Source of the DNA: Tubiluchus corallicola
Taxonomy: Eukaryota; Animalia; Priapulida
Assembly (NCBI GenBank): GCA_030141605.1
Contig: JAQGDQ010001090.1
Coordinates: 1-63,936 of the forward strand
DNA: 63,936 bases
Direction: 5' to 3'
In this document: piece after piece, positions 13,220-26,724 of the stretch
How positions within the stretch are numbered: the first letter of the stretch is position 1
Layout: each line of letters begins with the position of its first letter
The notes under the pieces: model-generated
Told to the model about the DNA's origin: nothing
Database searches by the model: none
The model's input: only the letters and a program-made list of their open reading frames with translations
Program-made: the position numbers and the translations under genes

Positions 13220-14710
13220 ATGTATAAAGTTCATTGTGCCTGCAGTCACAAAACAGCAGTAATTCAATTCATTGTTCATGTGCTTGTTGTTGTAATTTTT
13301 TTCTTTATGGGCGCTTGTATTGCCCCTAGTGGAATCAAATGGGAGACAATGCTGGTGACAAAGTGCGATGGCCTAGACGACACTGCGCTGTTTGTACCAT
13401 CAGTAGAAAACAGAAGTTGCCTAGAAGAGCCTTATCTGGTGTCGATCAGCAATGGCTCGGCAACATTTACATCTTTTTTCCCACATCAGCAAGAAGGGGA
13501 CGCGTTTCTCAAACCTTGGCATCAGTATGTTATTGTCACATTGAGAATAGACGTAGACCTGAATCGTACTAGGAAAAGTGGCTTCCACAATGCGCTACTA
13601 ACAGATGTGATAATTTGGTACAAGGATGTCGACAACTGGACAGAACTGGGGCATTTCTCTCAAAATAAAAGCTTGGCGTGTGAGAAAAGCTTGGTGTCTG
13701 ACTGCTCGTCGACAGCGCTCGTTTACATCAACGAAATTCACGACAGCTACTTGATGAAACTTCACGCGGGGAAGATGGAAGGTTACCAGATCAAGCACGT
13801 TCAGGCAAGGGTTTTGTATCAGAATGAGAGTTTCTTGAAATTGTTTCTGAGTTTGAAAGTGATCGTTCCATCTTTCGTCGTTTGGATACTGGTTCGATTT
13901 GCAGCGAGTTTACGTCGTCTAGAAAGAGCTGTAACCAAGAAGGAAAAGCTTCTGTTCGCTCTTGGATTGTCCTTAGCTATCAGTGATTTACCGCTGGAAT
14001 TGTTCAACCTTTGGTTTCAGACTTCCATATTTTCTTATGTCAATGACGTGATGTGGTGGACCTTTCTTGGAACTTTCTTCGTTTTCTCGGCCTTGTTCGT
14101 AGAAGACGTCTTGTTGTCGCTTGAAGACCTTAAAATCAGAAGCAAGATTCCTTTACGCGCCAGTCTATTGTCTGTGGTATTTGGTTGCGTTTCAATGTTG
14201 GCCTTTACAATAATTAGCAGGCCCCCAAGTGCCAAAGCCCTGCAATTGATCATAACTACAGCACAACTTAAAGCAGTCACTTTTTTCGTCACGGTGTTTC
14301 ACGTAGTAATGATCATCTATTTTCTACTGTTATGTGCAAAATGTTACAAGATCGTTGGGTATACCAGAACCCAATTCAAGTCCCTCGAGGGCGTTCCAAG
14401 GCAGTCTAGAGAACACTACACTCGCAAAATGATTACAGCTATTAGCTTGACTGTATCAACCATCATTTCCAATGCGGTGGTTATAATTTGTGTGCTCTAT
14501 ACCATCTCCCGGGGTGAACCGGCCATTTGGCGAGAGGAATTTCACCATCTGGAAATTCACAAAAATACGTTTGCAGGAATATTTGCCGTTGGGGCGTTTG
14601 GGATGTGTAACACTTTTGCGTTCGGGATGCTGCTTGCCCACGTGCACGTTATGAATAGTAAACAACCCTACAGCCACGTGGCAGATGATGTAAACATGGC
14701 CGAGGAGTAA
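13220..14710 (+). CDS. wls: Divergent, intronless Wntless (WLS/GPR177/MIG-14)-like multi-pass membrane protein, 496 aa
   Basis: Collinear matches to WLS motifs: FFMGACIAP (FLVGGLIAP), KC...LFVP, KPWHQY (SPWFQF), WTELGH (WTEMAH), YQNESF (HQNGGF), EKLLFALGLS (EKVIFALGIS), LPLELF (IPVEWF), REHY (RLHY), GAFGMCN (GIYGMWN); N-terminal TM, lumenal domain, ~7 further TMs. Confidence 0.85.
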   Translation: MYKVHCACSHKTAVIQFIVHVLVVVIFFFMGACIAPSGIKWETMLVTKCDGLDDTALFVPSVENRSCLEEPYLVSISNGSATFTSFFPHQQEGDAFLKPWHQYVIVTLRIDVDLNRTRKSGFHNALLTDVIIWYKDVDNWTELGHFSQNKSLACEKSLVSDCSSTALVYINEIHDSYLMKLHAGKMEGYQIKHVQARVLYQNESFLKLFLSLKVIVPSFVVWILVRFAASLRRLERAVTKKEKLLFALGLSLAISDLPLELFNLWFQTSIFSYVNDVMWWTFLGTFFVFSALFVEDVLLSLEDLKIRSKIPLRASLLSVVFGCVSMLAFTIISRPPSAKALQLIITTAQLKAVTFFVTVFHVVMIIYFLLLCAKCYKIVGYTRTQFKSLEGVPRQSREHYTRKMITAISLTVSTIISNAVVIICVLYTISRGEPAIWREEFHHLEIHKNTFAGIFAVGAFGMCNTFAFGMLLAHVHVMNSKQPYSHVADDVNMAEE

Positions 14711-14784
14711 ATTAATTAAGCTAGTGGGTATCGTACGTTTTTTTATACATTTCACCCCGCATAAAGCCAATGTCAGTCAGGGTA

Positions 14785-15436
<652 letters not shown>

Positions 15437-15602
15437 CAGTCAGGGTAAAGGGTTACAATAGAAAGTTGATAAACAATTTGCTATAGTGACAGAAGATATC
15501 TGTTGATATTCCTTACTCTTGAATCGAGTGAGATTATAATTTTCAAGGAGGGCAATTTAGATGAGATGAAATGAGATGTTGCGACAACAACAGAATGCTA
15601 AA

Positions 15603-17640
15603 AAGTAGACAAAATGCTTACAGACAGTGATTTTGCAGTTCTTTCTAGGAATGCTTTCGTGTTTAATGATTCTAAACTACATCAAATTATAGTACGACTA
15701 TTATAAGTAGATAAAATGCTTTCAGACAGTGATTTTGCAGTTCTTTCTAGGAATGCTTTCGTGTTTAATGCTTCTAAACTACATCAGATTATAGTAGGAC
15801 TATTATAAGTAGACAAACTGCTTTCAGACAGTGATTTTGCAGTTCTTTCTAGGAATGCTTTCGTGTTTAATGCTTCTAAACTACATCAGATTATAGTAAG
15901 ACTATTATAAGTAGACAAAATGCTTTCAGACAGTGATTTTACATTTCTTTCTAGGAATGCTTTTGTGTTTAATGATTCTAAACTACATCAGATTATAGTA
16001 AGACTATTACAAGTAGACAAAATGCTTTCAGACAGTGATTTTGCAGTTCTTTCTATGAATGCTTTCGTGTTTAATGATTCTAAACTACATCAGATTATAG
16101 TAGGACTATTATAAGTAGACAAACTGCTTTCAGACAGTGATTTTGCAGTTCTTTCTAGGAATGCTTTCGTGTTTAATGCTTCTAAACTACATCAGATTAT
16201 AGTAAGACTATTATAAGTAGACAAAATGCTTACAGACAGTGATTTTGCAGTTCTTTCTAGGAATGCTTTCGTGTTTAATGATTCTAAACTACATCAAATT
16301 ATAGTACGACTATTATAAGTAGATAAAATGCTTTCAGACAGTGATTTTGCAGTTCTTTCTAGGAATGCTTTCGTGTTTAATGCTTCTAAACTACATCAGA
16401 TTATAGTAAGACTATTACAAGTAGACAAAATGCTTTCAGACAGTGATTTTGCAGTTCTTTCTATGAATGCTTTCGTGTTTAATGATTCTAAACTACATCA
16501 GATTATAGTAGGACTATTATAAGTAGACAAACTGCTTTCAGACAGTGATTTTGCAGTTCTTTCTAGGAATGCTTTCGTGTTTAATGCTTCTAAACTACAT
16601 CAGATTATAGTAAGACTATTATAAGTAGACAAAATGCTTTCAGACAGTGATTTTACAGTTCTTTCTAGGAATGCTTTTGTATTTAATGATTCTAAACTAC
16701 ATCAGATTGTAGTAGGACTTTTATAAGTAGACAAAATGCTTACAGACAGTGATTTTGCAGTTCTTTCTGGGAATGCTTTCGTGTTTAATGATTCTAAACT
16801 ACAGCAGATTATAGTAGGACTTTTATAAGTAGACAAAATGCTTTCGGACAGTGATTTTGCAGTTCTTTCTAGGAATGCTTTCGTGTTTTATGATTCTAAA
16901 CTACATCAGATTATAGTAGGACTATTATAAGTAGACAAAATGCTTGCAGACAGTGATTTTGCAGTTCTTTCCAGGAATGCTTTGATGTTTAACGATTCTA
17001 AACTACAGCAGATTATAGTAGGACTATGATAAGTAGACAAAATGCTTTCAGACAGTGATTTTGCAGTTCTTTCTAGGAATGCTTTAGTGTTTAATGATTC
17101 TAAACTACATCAGAATATAGTAGGACTATTCTAAGTAGACAAAATGCTTGCAGACAGTGATTTTGCAGTTCTTTCTAGGAATGCTTTAGTGTTTAATAAT
17201 TCTAAACTACAGCAGATTATAGTAGGACTATTGTAAGTAGACAAACTGCTTTCAGACAGTGATTTTGCAGTTCTTTCTAGGAATGCTTTCGTGTTTAATG
17301 ATTCTAAACTACAGCAGATTATAGTAGGACTATTATAAGTAGACAAAATGCTTTCAGACAGTGATTTTGCAGTTTTTTCTAGGAATGCTTTCGTGTTTAA
17401 TGATTCTAAACTACATCAGATTATAGTAGGACTATTACAAGTAGACAAACTGCTTTTAGACAGTGATTTTGCAGTTCTTTCTAGGAATGCTTTTGTATTT
17501 AATGACTCTAAACTACAGCAGATTATAGTAGGACTATTACAAGTAGACAAAATGCTTTCAGACAGTGATTTTGCAGTTCTTTCTGGCAATTGCTTCGTGT
17601 TTAATGATTCTAAACTACAGCAGATTATAGTAGGACTTTT
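15603..17640. repeat. 102-bp tandem repeat, ~20 copies
   Basis: AAGTAGACAAAATGCTT recurs every 102 bp; most units contain stops. Confidence 0.97.
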
Positions 17641-19365
17641 GTGCAGTATTACAGCATAGTTGGCTCTATACAAGCCTAGCTTGCTTATTAATACAATGAA
17701 AAGAAAAATGAAACTTATAATATATTAAATATTTGAAAATATTGTGCCACTCATCTAATTTCATTAGTAAAAAACATCAGAGACGAGCCTCGTCTGTTAC
17801 AATTTACACTCAGTGGTTGCACTCTGTGTATTGAATTACACTCTCTTGTATTCTCAGCTCGACTGCTCGGAAAACAAAAGGCTAGTGTTCGAGTCACAGT
17901 GGAGGAGCAAAAGATTTTTCTGGCTATCTGATTTAATATTGTTTTCTATCGGTTGACTTCGAGCGACACTGATTTTGAATGTGTATACCTTATTATATTT
18001 AATAAATCTAATAAATTAATAAATTTAATAAATCTTACATACGCCACAAGCTACAAAATGCTACACGTGCGTTTATGATGTGTTCGTGATAATTTGAATG
18101 GTGATTTTAGATTTTACTGTAGCACTACACCCCTACATAATGTTTATGATCTTTTTGAACGTGAGTGAAATAAATTAAAATGTGTCTGTTTCGTCTTCTA
18201 CTAGATCTGAATCAAAATTCGCTGTATTCGGGCTCTGCAAGCAGGTTTACATTACATGTATTTTTGAAACAAATTTTTGTGCTGTTTAGCTAAAAAATTG
18301 TATAAAAATTTTGGTCATAGAAATTATGAAAATGTTCAGTGTATGTCATATGTAATAAAAAAGTGAGGTGTGATACAGAGTTATATACCTGCGTGCGTTT
18401 AAGTTTAATTTACTGAACTAAAAAACTTACAGGGCAGTAACCTTATGGTAGGGAAGTACAAAAATAACGATAAATTGTACTGTGCAAATTATTTGATCAA
18501 AGAATTGCCCAAACAATGGCAAATCTAAGGCGCCTTTAAAAGTTAGTTTGGAAGCCTCAAACAGCCTGTAATCTTGAGTGGTATGATTGGAACAGTGACT
18601 CGCAGAACTCCAGATCTTTAGCACATCTTGTAGATGTCTCGCAAGTTTGTATCTTAAATACTGATCAACGGCAGGTTTTTTAATCATCTAAGCGTCCACT
18701 CTGTCTCTGACGGTAGCTCCCGTGTGTTTGAAGTCTGGTAAATTTCCAGGCCATTCGGTTTAATCGAAGAAATTAGTCCCAGAGTTTTCAGATCTCTGCT
18801 TCAAGATGCCCCTCAAGACTGAAGGTTTACGAAACGTTTGGCTTCCGTGCCGAATTTTGAGAGCATCTTAGATTCACAATTGCCTGAGTAATACTTTTAT
18901 GTGATAATTAGTTCTGCGTTGTAATTCGTTGCTTCTGTACCCTTACAAAAAGTTATGCACCACCTTTTAAATTTACTTTCACTGATTGAAAACAAGAACA
19001 AAGAGAGACGAAAGACAGAACAAAATAATTGAACAGAATAGAACAATGAAATGGAAAAAAATGACAAAAGGCTGTTGTTGAGGGACATATTATGCAAGTC
19101 ACTTGTAATGTGTAAGATTTAAACTTTTTCTAGGCATTTCTTAGACGCGTGTTTCGGGAAAAGTGCGAAATAAAATTAGTGATCAAGATAATTATTTGTG
19201 CGTTATTTTTGCCATTCATAACTAGTCTGGAATGCAAAGCATTGTGCATTGTGTTAGTCGCACGCACGCATGCACAACGAGCTGACATTCTACTCGCACA
19301 AACTCTTGTAAATATGGACATATTTCGCATACAATGTTTCGCACGATGCGCTTCCGTCAGTTCCT

Positions 19366-19596
19366 TTAAAGTGGCGTTTAACAACCGGATGCGTATACGT
19401 TGCGGGGGGGGGGGGAGGGTGCGGAATAGATAAAATCGGTATATATTGTTTTCAGTGCACCCGTTTTCTGCAGCCTGCGTATGCGTTATTGTTTTTCTGC
19501 AGCTGTTCCTATTGATTTTTTTCCGCAGGCTGTTCCGCGTGTTCTTACGCAGATGCATACGCATACGCATCCAGATGCTGGATAAACGCTACTTAA
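19366..19596. mobile_element. Short MITE with imperfect TIRs (possibly PIF/Harbinger-like)
   Basis: TAAAGTGGCGTTTA...GGATGCGTAT mirrored by ATACGCATCC...TAAACGCTACTTAA. Confidence 0.45.
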
Positions 19597-19853
19597 GTCT
19601 TTCAATTAAAACACCATTTACCGCTACAACGGTCCACTTTTAGTAAAGATTTAGAATGTGGATTAATTTTATTTGACGTTACTATACAAAAATTGCCAAA
19701 ACGCATTACTGAACGAGATCTGCATCACGACAAAATAGACCTCTTTATAGAGTTACATTACACAAGCGAGTAATCCAGAAACTGAATTTTACTTTCATTT
19801 AATGTCTATGTACGTTGTAGAATAATCAAAGTTCAGGAGTAAATTACTATCTC

Positions 19854-21529
19854 CTCAAGCCTATAGTCTGCTACACACAATGGGATTACAACAATGGTAA
19901 ACTCAAGCCTATAGTCTGCTATGCACAATGGGATTACAACAATGGTAAACTCAAGCCTATAGTCTGCTACGCACAATGCGATTACAACAATGGTAAACTC
20001 AAGCCTATAGTCTGCTATGCGCAATGGAATTACAACAATGGTAAACTCAAGCCTATAGTCTGCTATGCACAATGGGATTACAACAATGGTAAACTCAAGC
20101 CTATAGTCTGCTATGCACAATGGGATTACAACAATGGTAAACTCAAGCCTATAGTCTGCTATGCACAATGGGATTACAACAATGGTAAACTCAAGCCTAT
20201 AGTCTGCTACGCACAATGCAATTACAACAATGGTAAACTCAAGCCTATAGTCTGCTATGCACAATGGGATTACAACAATGGTAAACTCAAGCCTATAGTC
20301 TGCTACGCACAATGCAATTACAACAATGGTAAACTCAAGCCTATAGTCTGCTATGCGCAATGGGATTACAACAATGGTAACTCAAGCCTATAGTCTGCTA
20401 CGCACAATGCAATTACAACAATGGTAAACTCAAGCCTATAGTCTGCTATGCACAATGGGATTACAACAATGGTAAACTCAAGCCTATAGTCTGCTACTCA
20501 CAATGGGATTACAACAATGGTAAACTCAAGCTTATAGTCTGCTACGCACAATGCAATTACAACAATGGTAAACTCAAGCCTATAGTCTGCTACGCACAAT
20601 GGGACTACAACAATTGTAAACTCAAGCCTATAGTCTGCTACGCGCAATGGAATTACAACAATGGTAACTCAAGCCTATAGTCTGCTACGCACAATGCAAT
20701 TACAACAATGGTAAACTCAAGCCTATAGTCTGCTATGCACAATGGGATTACAACAATTGTAAACTCAAGCCTATAGTCTGCTACGCACAATGGGACTACA
20801 ACAATGGTAACTCAAGCCTATAGTCTGCTACGCACAATGCGATTACAACAATGGTAAACTAAAGCCTATAGTCTGCAGCGCACAATGCGATTACAACAAT
20901 GGTAAACTCAAGCCTATAGTCTGCTACGCGCAATGGAATTACAACAATGGTAAACTCAAGCCTATAGTCTGCTATGCGCAATGGAATTACAACAATGGTA
21001 AACTCAAGCCTATAGTCTGCTACGCACAATGGAATTACAACAATGGTAAACTCAAGCCTATAGTCTGCTATGCGCAATGGAATTACAACAATGGTAAACT
21101 CAAGCCTATAGTCTGCTACGCACATGCGATTACAACAATGGTAAACTCAAGCCTATAGTCTGCAGCGCACAATGCGATTACAACAATGGTAAACTCAAGC
21201 CTATAGTCTGCTATGCACCATGCGATTACAACAATGGTAAACTCAAGCCTATAGTCTGCTACGCACAATGAGATTACAACAATGGTAAACTCAAGCCTAT
21301 AGTCTGCTACGCACAATGGGATTACAACAATGGTAAACTCAAGCCTATAGTCTGCTACGCACAATGAGATTACAACAATGGTAAACTAAAGCCTATAGTC
21401 TGCAGCGCACAATGCGATTACAACAATGGTAAACTCAAGCCTATAGTCTGCTACGCACAATGCGATTACAACAATGGTAAACTCAAGCCTATAGTCTGCT
21501 GCGCACAATGAGATTACAACAATGGTAAA
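19854..21529. repeat. 48-bp minisatellite, ~35 copies
   Basis: CTCAAGCCTATAGTCTGCTACGCACAATGGGATTACAACAATGGTAAA head to tail, with occasional 1-bp deletions. Confidence 0.97.
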
Positions 21530-22169
21530 TAAGTTTTACTCAGGAAGCCAAACGTTGTTCACTGTCGCTGCATTATTGTCTAGACTCTAGCCTCTCCAAC
21601 TGAAGGATTTTGTGAGGGTAACCACGTGTGGGCGGCATGCACCACGCGAATGATTTGGTTGCATCCCTTGGGGAGAAAGTGCACTCACGCGGCTTTGTGA
21701 TTTGTCATGCAAAAATGTAATAATTGATATCTATGAGCTGCAGGTCAAACCGAGGGTGCGGTCTATCAAATGTCGCTACCGATGCGCGTCTCGCGTGCAA
21801 GTCTGTTTTTGCAGCTTTTCGACGTTTTAATGGCTATTTATTTTCCCAATGAATTAAAAATGCTGTATATACAGACAGCAGCTGGCTCACGTGTAGGTAA
21901 GTATAATATAAACCAGCCCCTGGGTAGGGAGCACGCAGTGAGAGTCTGCTCTTTCTCCGTCAGCAAGTCGTATTGTTTATATTGTTTAATATTATTTATG
22001 TGAAGCTGCGTGCCCACAATTAAAGGCAACGTCAACTATCGATTTACTAACTTTAGGTGTAGACAGTTATTCACCAGTATTTCATGTGATAGGTAGTTCC
22101 CTTATTCAGAGAAAAAAGTTTGCATCAGAAATATTGAAGGCATCAATGGTTACATTCAACATGCCAGAG

Positions 22170-22635
22170 AACAGCCGTGTAGTCACGTCGTGTGCTTAGC
22201 AATCGAAGCTAAGCAACACTGGCTCTGGTCAATAAATGAATGGGTAATCGCGTGAAACCAGCCTCTCGGTATAATGCTACACTTTCTCTAGCTAAATACT
22301 TCTTTGAAGGATGATATGAATATCCAAGCTAAAGCACTGCAGCCTAAATCTCACTCTAATTTAGAAGATTATCTTGATAAGAAGCTAGATAGATCCTAGT
22401 ACCGCCACAAGCAACACCAACTCCGGATGTAGCTTATTATCAAGGTAAACCTCTAAATTGAGTCAATGGGCCGGCAATGGTTTTGCAGCCATGTTCAGAT
22501 GATTTACATTTTTCTTCAGCCAGGTGAACAGGGAGAATGAGTACGACAAATGAAACTTCCCAAAAGGAGTATTGAACCCAAATAGTCACCAACCATTTAT
22601 TGAACCAGCCTCAACGTTGCTTAACTTTTGTCTCA
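22170..22635. mobile_element. SINE-like remnant(s) with two inward-facing 5S-like segments
   Basis: GAAGCTAAGCAACACTGGCTCTGGTCAATAAATGAATGGG on + at ~22205; similar segment on - at ~22583-22630. Confidence 0.45.
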
Positions 22636-22924
22636 AAGCACGTACCGTTCAATACTCACCACGCCCCAAAGACGAGGAGGGTACAATTATTATTGACTAA
22701 CATTATAGCAGACTACTACATTCAAATAACTATGTAAAACTTTTTTTGTGTATCTAGAATTTAAAGTAACCTTACCTGCTGAATTTTTCTGAATTCCTGC
22801 TTCAGTTAAAAGATGTTAACGATACCACTAACTGAAAAACACATCACAGGAGACCAGTAGCTGTTCTAGTGAATCACAATAAAGCCAGGAAGCCTGAACC
22901 ATGACACACACACACACAGAAGCT

Positions 22925-23650
22925 CAAACATGGAATGCTGCTGTAAACTTTGTAATCATGTGCAGGACAGATGTGTACAACATGAGCTGGAAGTATACGT
23001 TCAGAAATAAACATAATACACCAGGTTGTGGTGCTTGTTAAAATTTGCAAATAACCCATGATAGAAATAGACTTGACATGTAGCCCTGGGACAGAAATAG
23101 ACGGACTTCGTGATTTTTTTCTACAAATCTTCCTAACTAGGCCAATGGTCACTCAAGGTATGGCGCTGGAGTAAAAATGGAAAGATTTGACCACAAGTCC
23201 AGATAAATAGAATTCACATAACATAAGTTGTGGTTTTGAGGGAAAGAATTTTTTGCTATTATCATTCCAGTGATAAGAAGCGACAAAATTGATTCATAAA
23301 CATATAAGAACTTCAAACGTACATGAATATAAGTTATATAACAACATGATCTGTACATAAGAACGTCCAGTCTACGATTTTGAAAAGCAACAGAAAGCGA
23401 CCATTTATGAATCCGACGTCATGAGATTCTGTGATAAAAAGTACGTAGGGATAAAAGAGGCTTAAAACAGCAATTGAACTTGAATGAGCAATGTACTCCA
23501 AGGATAACCCCAAATCAAATTTGATCAGGCTAAGAGTAAACCATTTTCTGAGACATGTCTTGTATGTCAAAGTATTCTTAGATCTTTGCCTGTTTGATTG
23601 ACACGTGCTGCCACCTTTCGACAATTGTAGTGAACAGAAAATCAGATCGA
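22925..23650 (-). pseudogene. Decayed ETHE1 (persulfide dioxygenase)-like pseudogene fragment
   Basis: Ordered, frameshifted remnants: DFLF..QL, SLIKFDLGLSLEYI (cf. QLIKELGLRLLYA), KSV-IS, CIMFI (GCVTFV), LP..ICPAHDYK (LP..IYPAHDYxG); metal-binding motif not recognisable. Confidence 0.55.
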
Positions 23651-25387
23651 TTGCACCATAGTGTTATAAATCAACAGAGAAACATATAAAGTTGTTAACG
23701 AAAAAAGAGTCTTTATTATTAGAAGAACGTTAATTCTTTTATGGACCAATTTGTAGACTGTTTGCATTTTTCTAAACGCCCTGCAGTCCTGTATAACTTA
23801 GGTACGGTGTTAATAATTAATGGTTTCTAATGTCGTTGCTGCCTAAGAGAAAATTAATCAGGAAATTCCACAGGCTCGGAACTGAATCCATAACATCATA
23901 ACTACTGATCAGATATTACTGACGAAAGTTTTCCAGTCTGGTGTTTGTGTTAAGCTATTTTATAATATATTCACATGGAATAAACCAGAATAAAGTCGAA
24001 TGGATTATTATTTACAGGACCTTTCGCCCTAACGGGCCTCATAAATCTCAATAACTCTCTCTCTCTCTCGCTCAGGTTAGCAGCGCAAGACGCTATTCAG
24101 TTTAAGTTCATTTATTTCTTACTTTTGATCTATTAAAAAGTGATGATCTATTCATTTTTTGCAACGGAATCCTGTATGTAACTATGGCAGATTTATTAAT
24201 TTTTGCTGGACAGATCATGAACATCTTTTGATAATTTTTATTGTTATTTGTTTACTTTGCGAAGTCATGGAAGTCTGTATAATCGTTGGATTTGCTTTAA
24301 TGTCACCATCAACACGATGTAGCATCACATTTCGGGGGAGAGGAATGGCTCGAAAGCTAAGCTCCCTTCTCCTCACTATTTTTTGATTTGATCAAAATGC
24401 CAAGGTTCAGTTGTTATTTGTGTTCAAATTTATACTATGCAAGTGACTGTTGTAAATATAAATTATTTAATCTAATCTAATCTTTCAGGAGAGCTCTCTT
24501 ATATTTTAATTTTCTTATATTGACTTTATTCTTTAACAGACACCTGCAGATATCGTAGCATGATCTAATGTGTTGCTAATTATTATATTAATGTATGTCT
24601 GCTCTGCCAAGTAGGAGAGATTATTGTTAATAGATTTTAATGCTTAGATTGAAACGAATATTCGGTATTGTATTTTCACTATTAGAATTTCAAGACAAAA
24701 TTCAGTTCCTAGGCTATGGGAATTCAGTCTTGTGATTACGACTTCAGAAAAAAGTCTAAATTAATTTTGTATTCCAATCCTTTCTCAATCCTCATTATAA
24801 TGTGGCCTTCATAATTTAACGCCGAAATTTTTGGCAAAATAAAACATCAATATTTGCATAGACATGTATGTATTAATGCATCTCGTTATAATGCGAAATT
24901 CGCTTAATGCCAAATTGGTAGCTTTTTGTAGTCCCAAAGCAAACGTTGGCACAAAGAGGTTTGGCTGCATCTTTTTTTATTGCGAATAAACACCAACAGA
25001 TGGCAATGCGTTCCAATAAAGATGGCAGAGTTTTTGAAATACTAGGGCACTGACAATGTTTTTACATTCTTGAAAATGTTAACCCCTTTATGATCCTGCA
25101 ACAGGAAATATAACTATTCTCCCCACAAATCAGTCACCTAACCCCAGTCAGTAAGATGAGCTTTTGGCTTCTTTGCAAGTGAAAAATCAATAATTCAAGT
25201 AAATGAAGCCCATGACATATCACCCATGCAGGATAAAACTTATGGCTTTTAGTAATCAATTGATTTGTCAATGATTAACTCACTGTACAGATAACTGTGC
25301 AAAAACAGCTCATGTTGTATTACATAGTTAAGTGACATAAAGAGGTGAGGCGATGATAGTTATAACTGCCACGATAAGACAATAACA

Positions 25388-25785
25388 AGCCTTTTCACAG
25401 TTCCAGCAATTGATGACGGTGAAAAGGTCAAAGGTTATGTGAACCTAACAACAGTATCTTAACCAAGCAACATGGATGTTTACACTTGACAACGCCTTGC
25501 AACCTATGCTGTTGTAACAGTAACAATTCTTAGCGCTAATTTTTGCTTCAGTTATGCCATTTTACGCGGATTACCGCTGCTACTATTTTGCCAGTTATTT
25601 TTGAATAAAGATAACATGTTAGTTTAAAACTAAACACGTGTAATATATAGTAAAACAACCATGTATTTCACTCGTTTAACCTACGTGTAGTTACGTACGT
25701 AAGGTTACGTAATGGTTGTAATGGTATACTTAACCTTTGACCTTTCAATAACTGCATGTGCACATAGCAAAACCGTAAAAAGGCT
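25388..25785. mobile_element. MITE with TIR AGCCTTTTCACAGTT (relatives at ~30430-30553, 51275-51662, 53417-53785)
   Basis: TIRs plus internal inverted AAGGTCAAAGGTTA/TAACCTTTGACCT shared among copies. Confidence 0.75.
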
Positions 25786-25838
25786 TCATTCCATCAATAC
25801 GTGTAACACAAATACCCAGGGTTTGATTCATAATAACT

Positions 25839-25844
25839 TTTATT
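25839..25844 (-). terminator. Candidate neuralized polyadenylation signal
   Basis: AATAAA on the minus strand ~880 nt after the stop codon. Confidence 0.35.
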
Positions 25845-26724
25845 ATAATACACATACTATTTAATACATACTCTTCTCTATTTACAGCCATTCGATAATT
25901 ATTCAACTCTATTCATTCGATATAAATATATAGTATTTCTCATTTTTAGATACATTGTCACAATAAGTAGGGAGACAATATTCCCACGAATTACTTTACA
26001 GTTAATAGGCTAAATCGTGCAAGAGGGTTTAACCCGTTTTGAGCGTTATAGGCATGAATTAAAAACAAGAACATAATCTCAACGAAATATTCTCTGCACA
26101 ATATTAATCAATTATTACAGCCTACATGGTTAACTTTGAGATGATCTCGAACGTCAAAAGGCACTCAAACTTTTTGTAATTTCAAAGACAGAATCAGAAC
26201 ATTTGTACGAGGAAATGTGCAGAGAGCAAGAGAGAGACTGCCTGCCTGCATACTGATCACTACTTCGTGACTGTGTCGTCAAAGGGTTGGTCTTGCCTAA
26301 TGGTGCATTCACACTAGTGAGTTTTTCTCTGCGAGTTATTGCAAACTCTCCAACAGTTGCAGCGGCAGACACTCGGCAAACGTGCGACAAGCGGTTTACA
26401 TGCTTGAACACGCTGTAACAATCGGCGACAGTTTTTGTATTAGTTCACCAACTGTTTGTCTCCCAATCTGCACTAGGCTAGTAATCTTCTCTAGATAGTT
26501 AAATTAGTGTCAGCTCTAGTACATATAGTACGACGAGTGGTCCAAATAGTTCGTTACTGTTTAATTATCAATGCAAAAAAATCATGTCTACATCACAATT
26601 AAACTTTCTGACTTTGAAGTTGTCGCTTCGGTTACAAATGTGCATGTAAGCTCTCCTAACAATTCGTTTATTAAGTGTTGCCGTCAACTACGAATAAATC
26701 ACAGAGAATTATTTCAGTGTTCTA

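Noticed and set aside
15603-17673. 34-aa repeat ORFs
   Set aside because: Most 102-bp units contain an in-frame TAA; non-coding tandem repeat
18427-18890. Coding-like composition and a GAAACGTTTGGC hammerhead-like fragment
   Set aside because: Frames interrupted by stops; no intact CTGANGA core with a convincing stem II
19854-21529. CRISPR-like look and 16-aa repeat ORFs
   Set aside because: Units are contiguous with no unique spacers, 1-bp deletions break the frame, there are no cas genes and the context is eukaryotic
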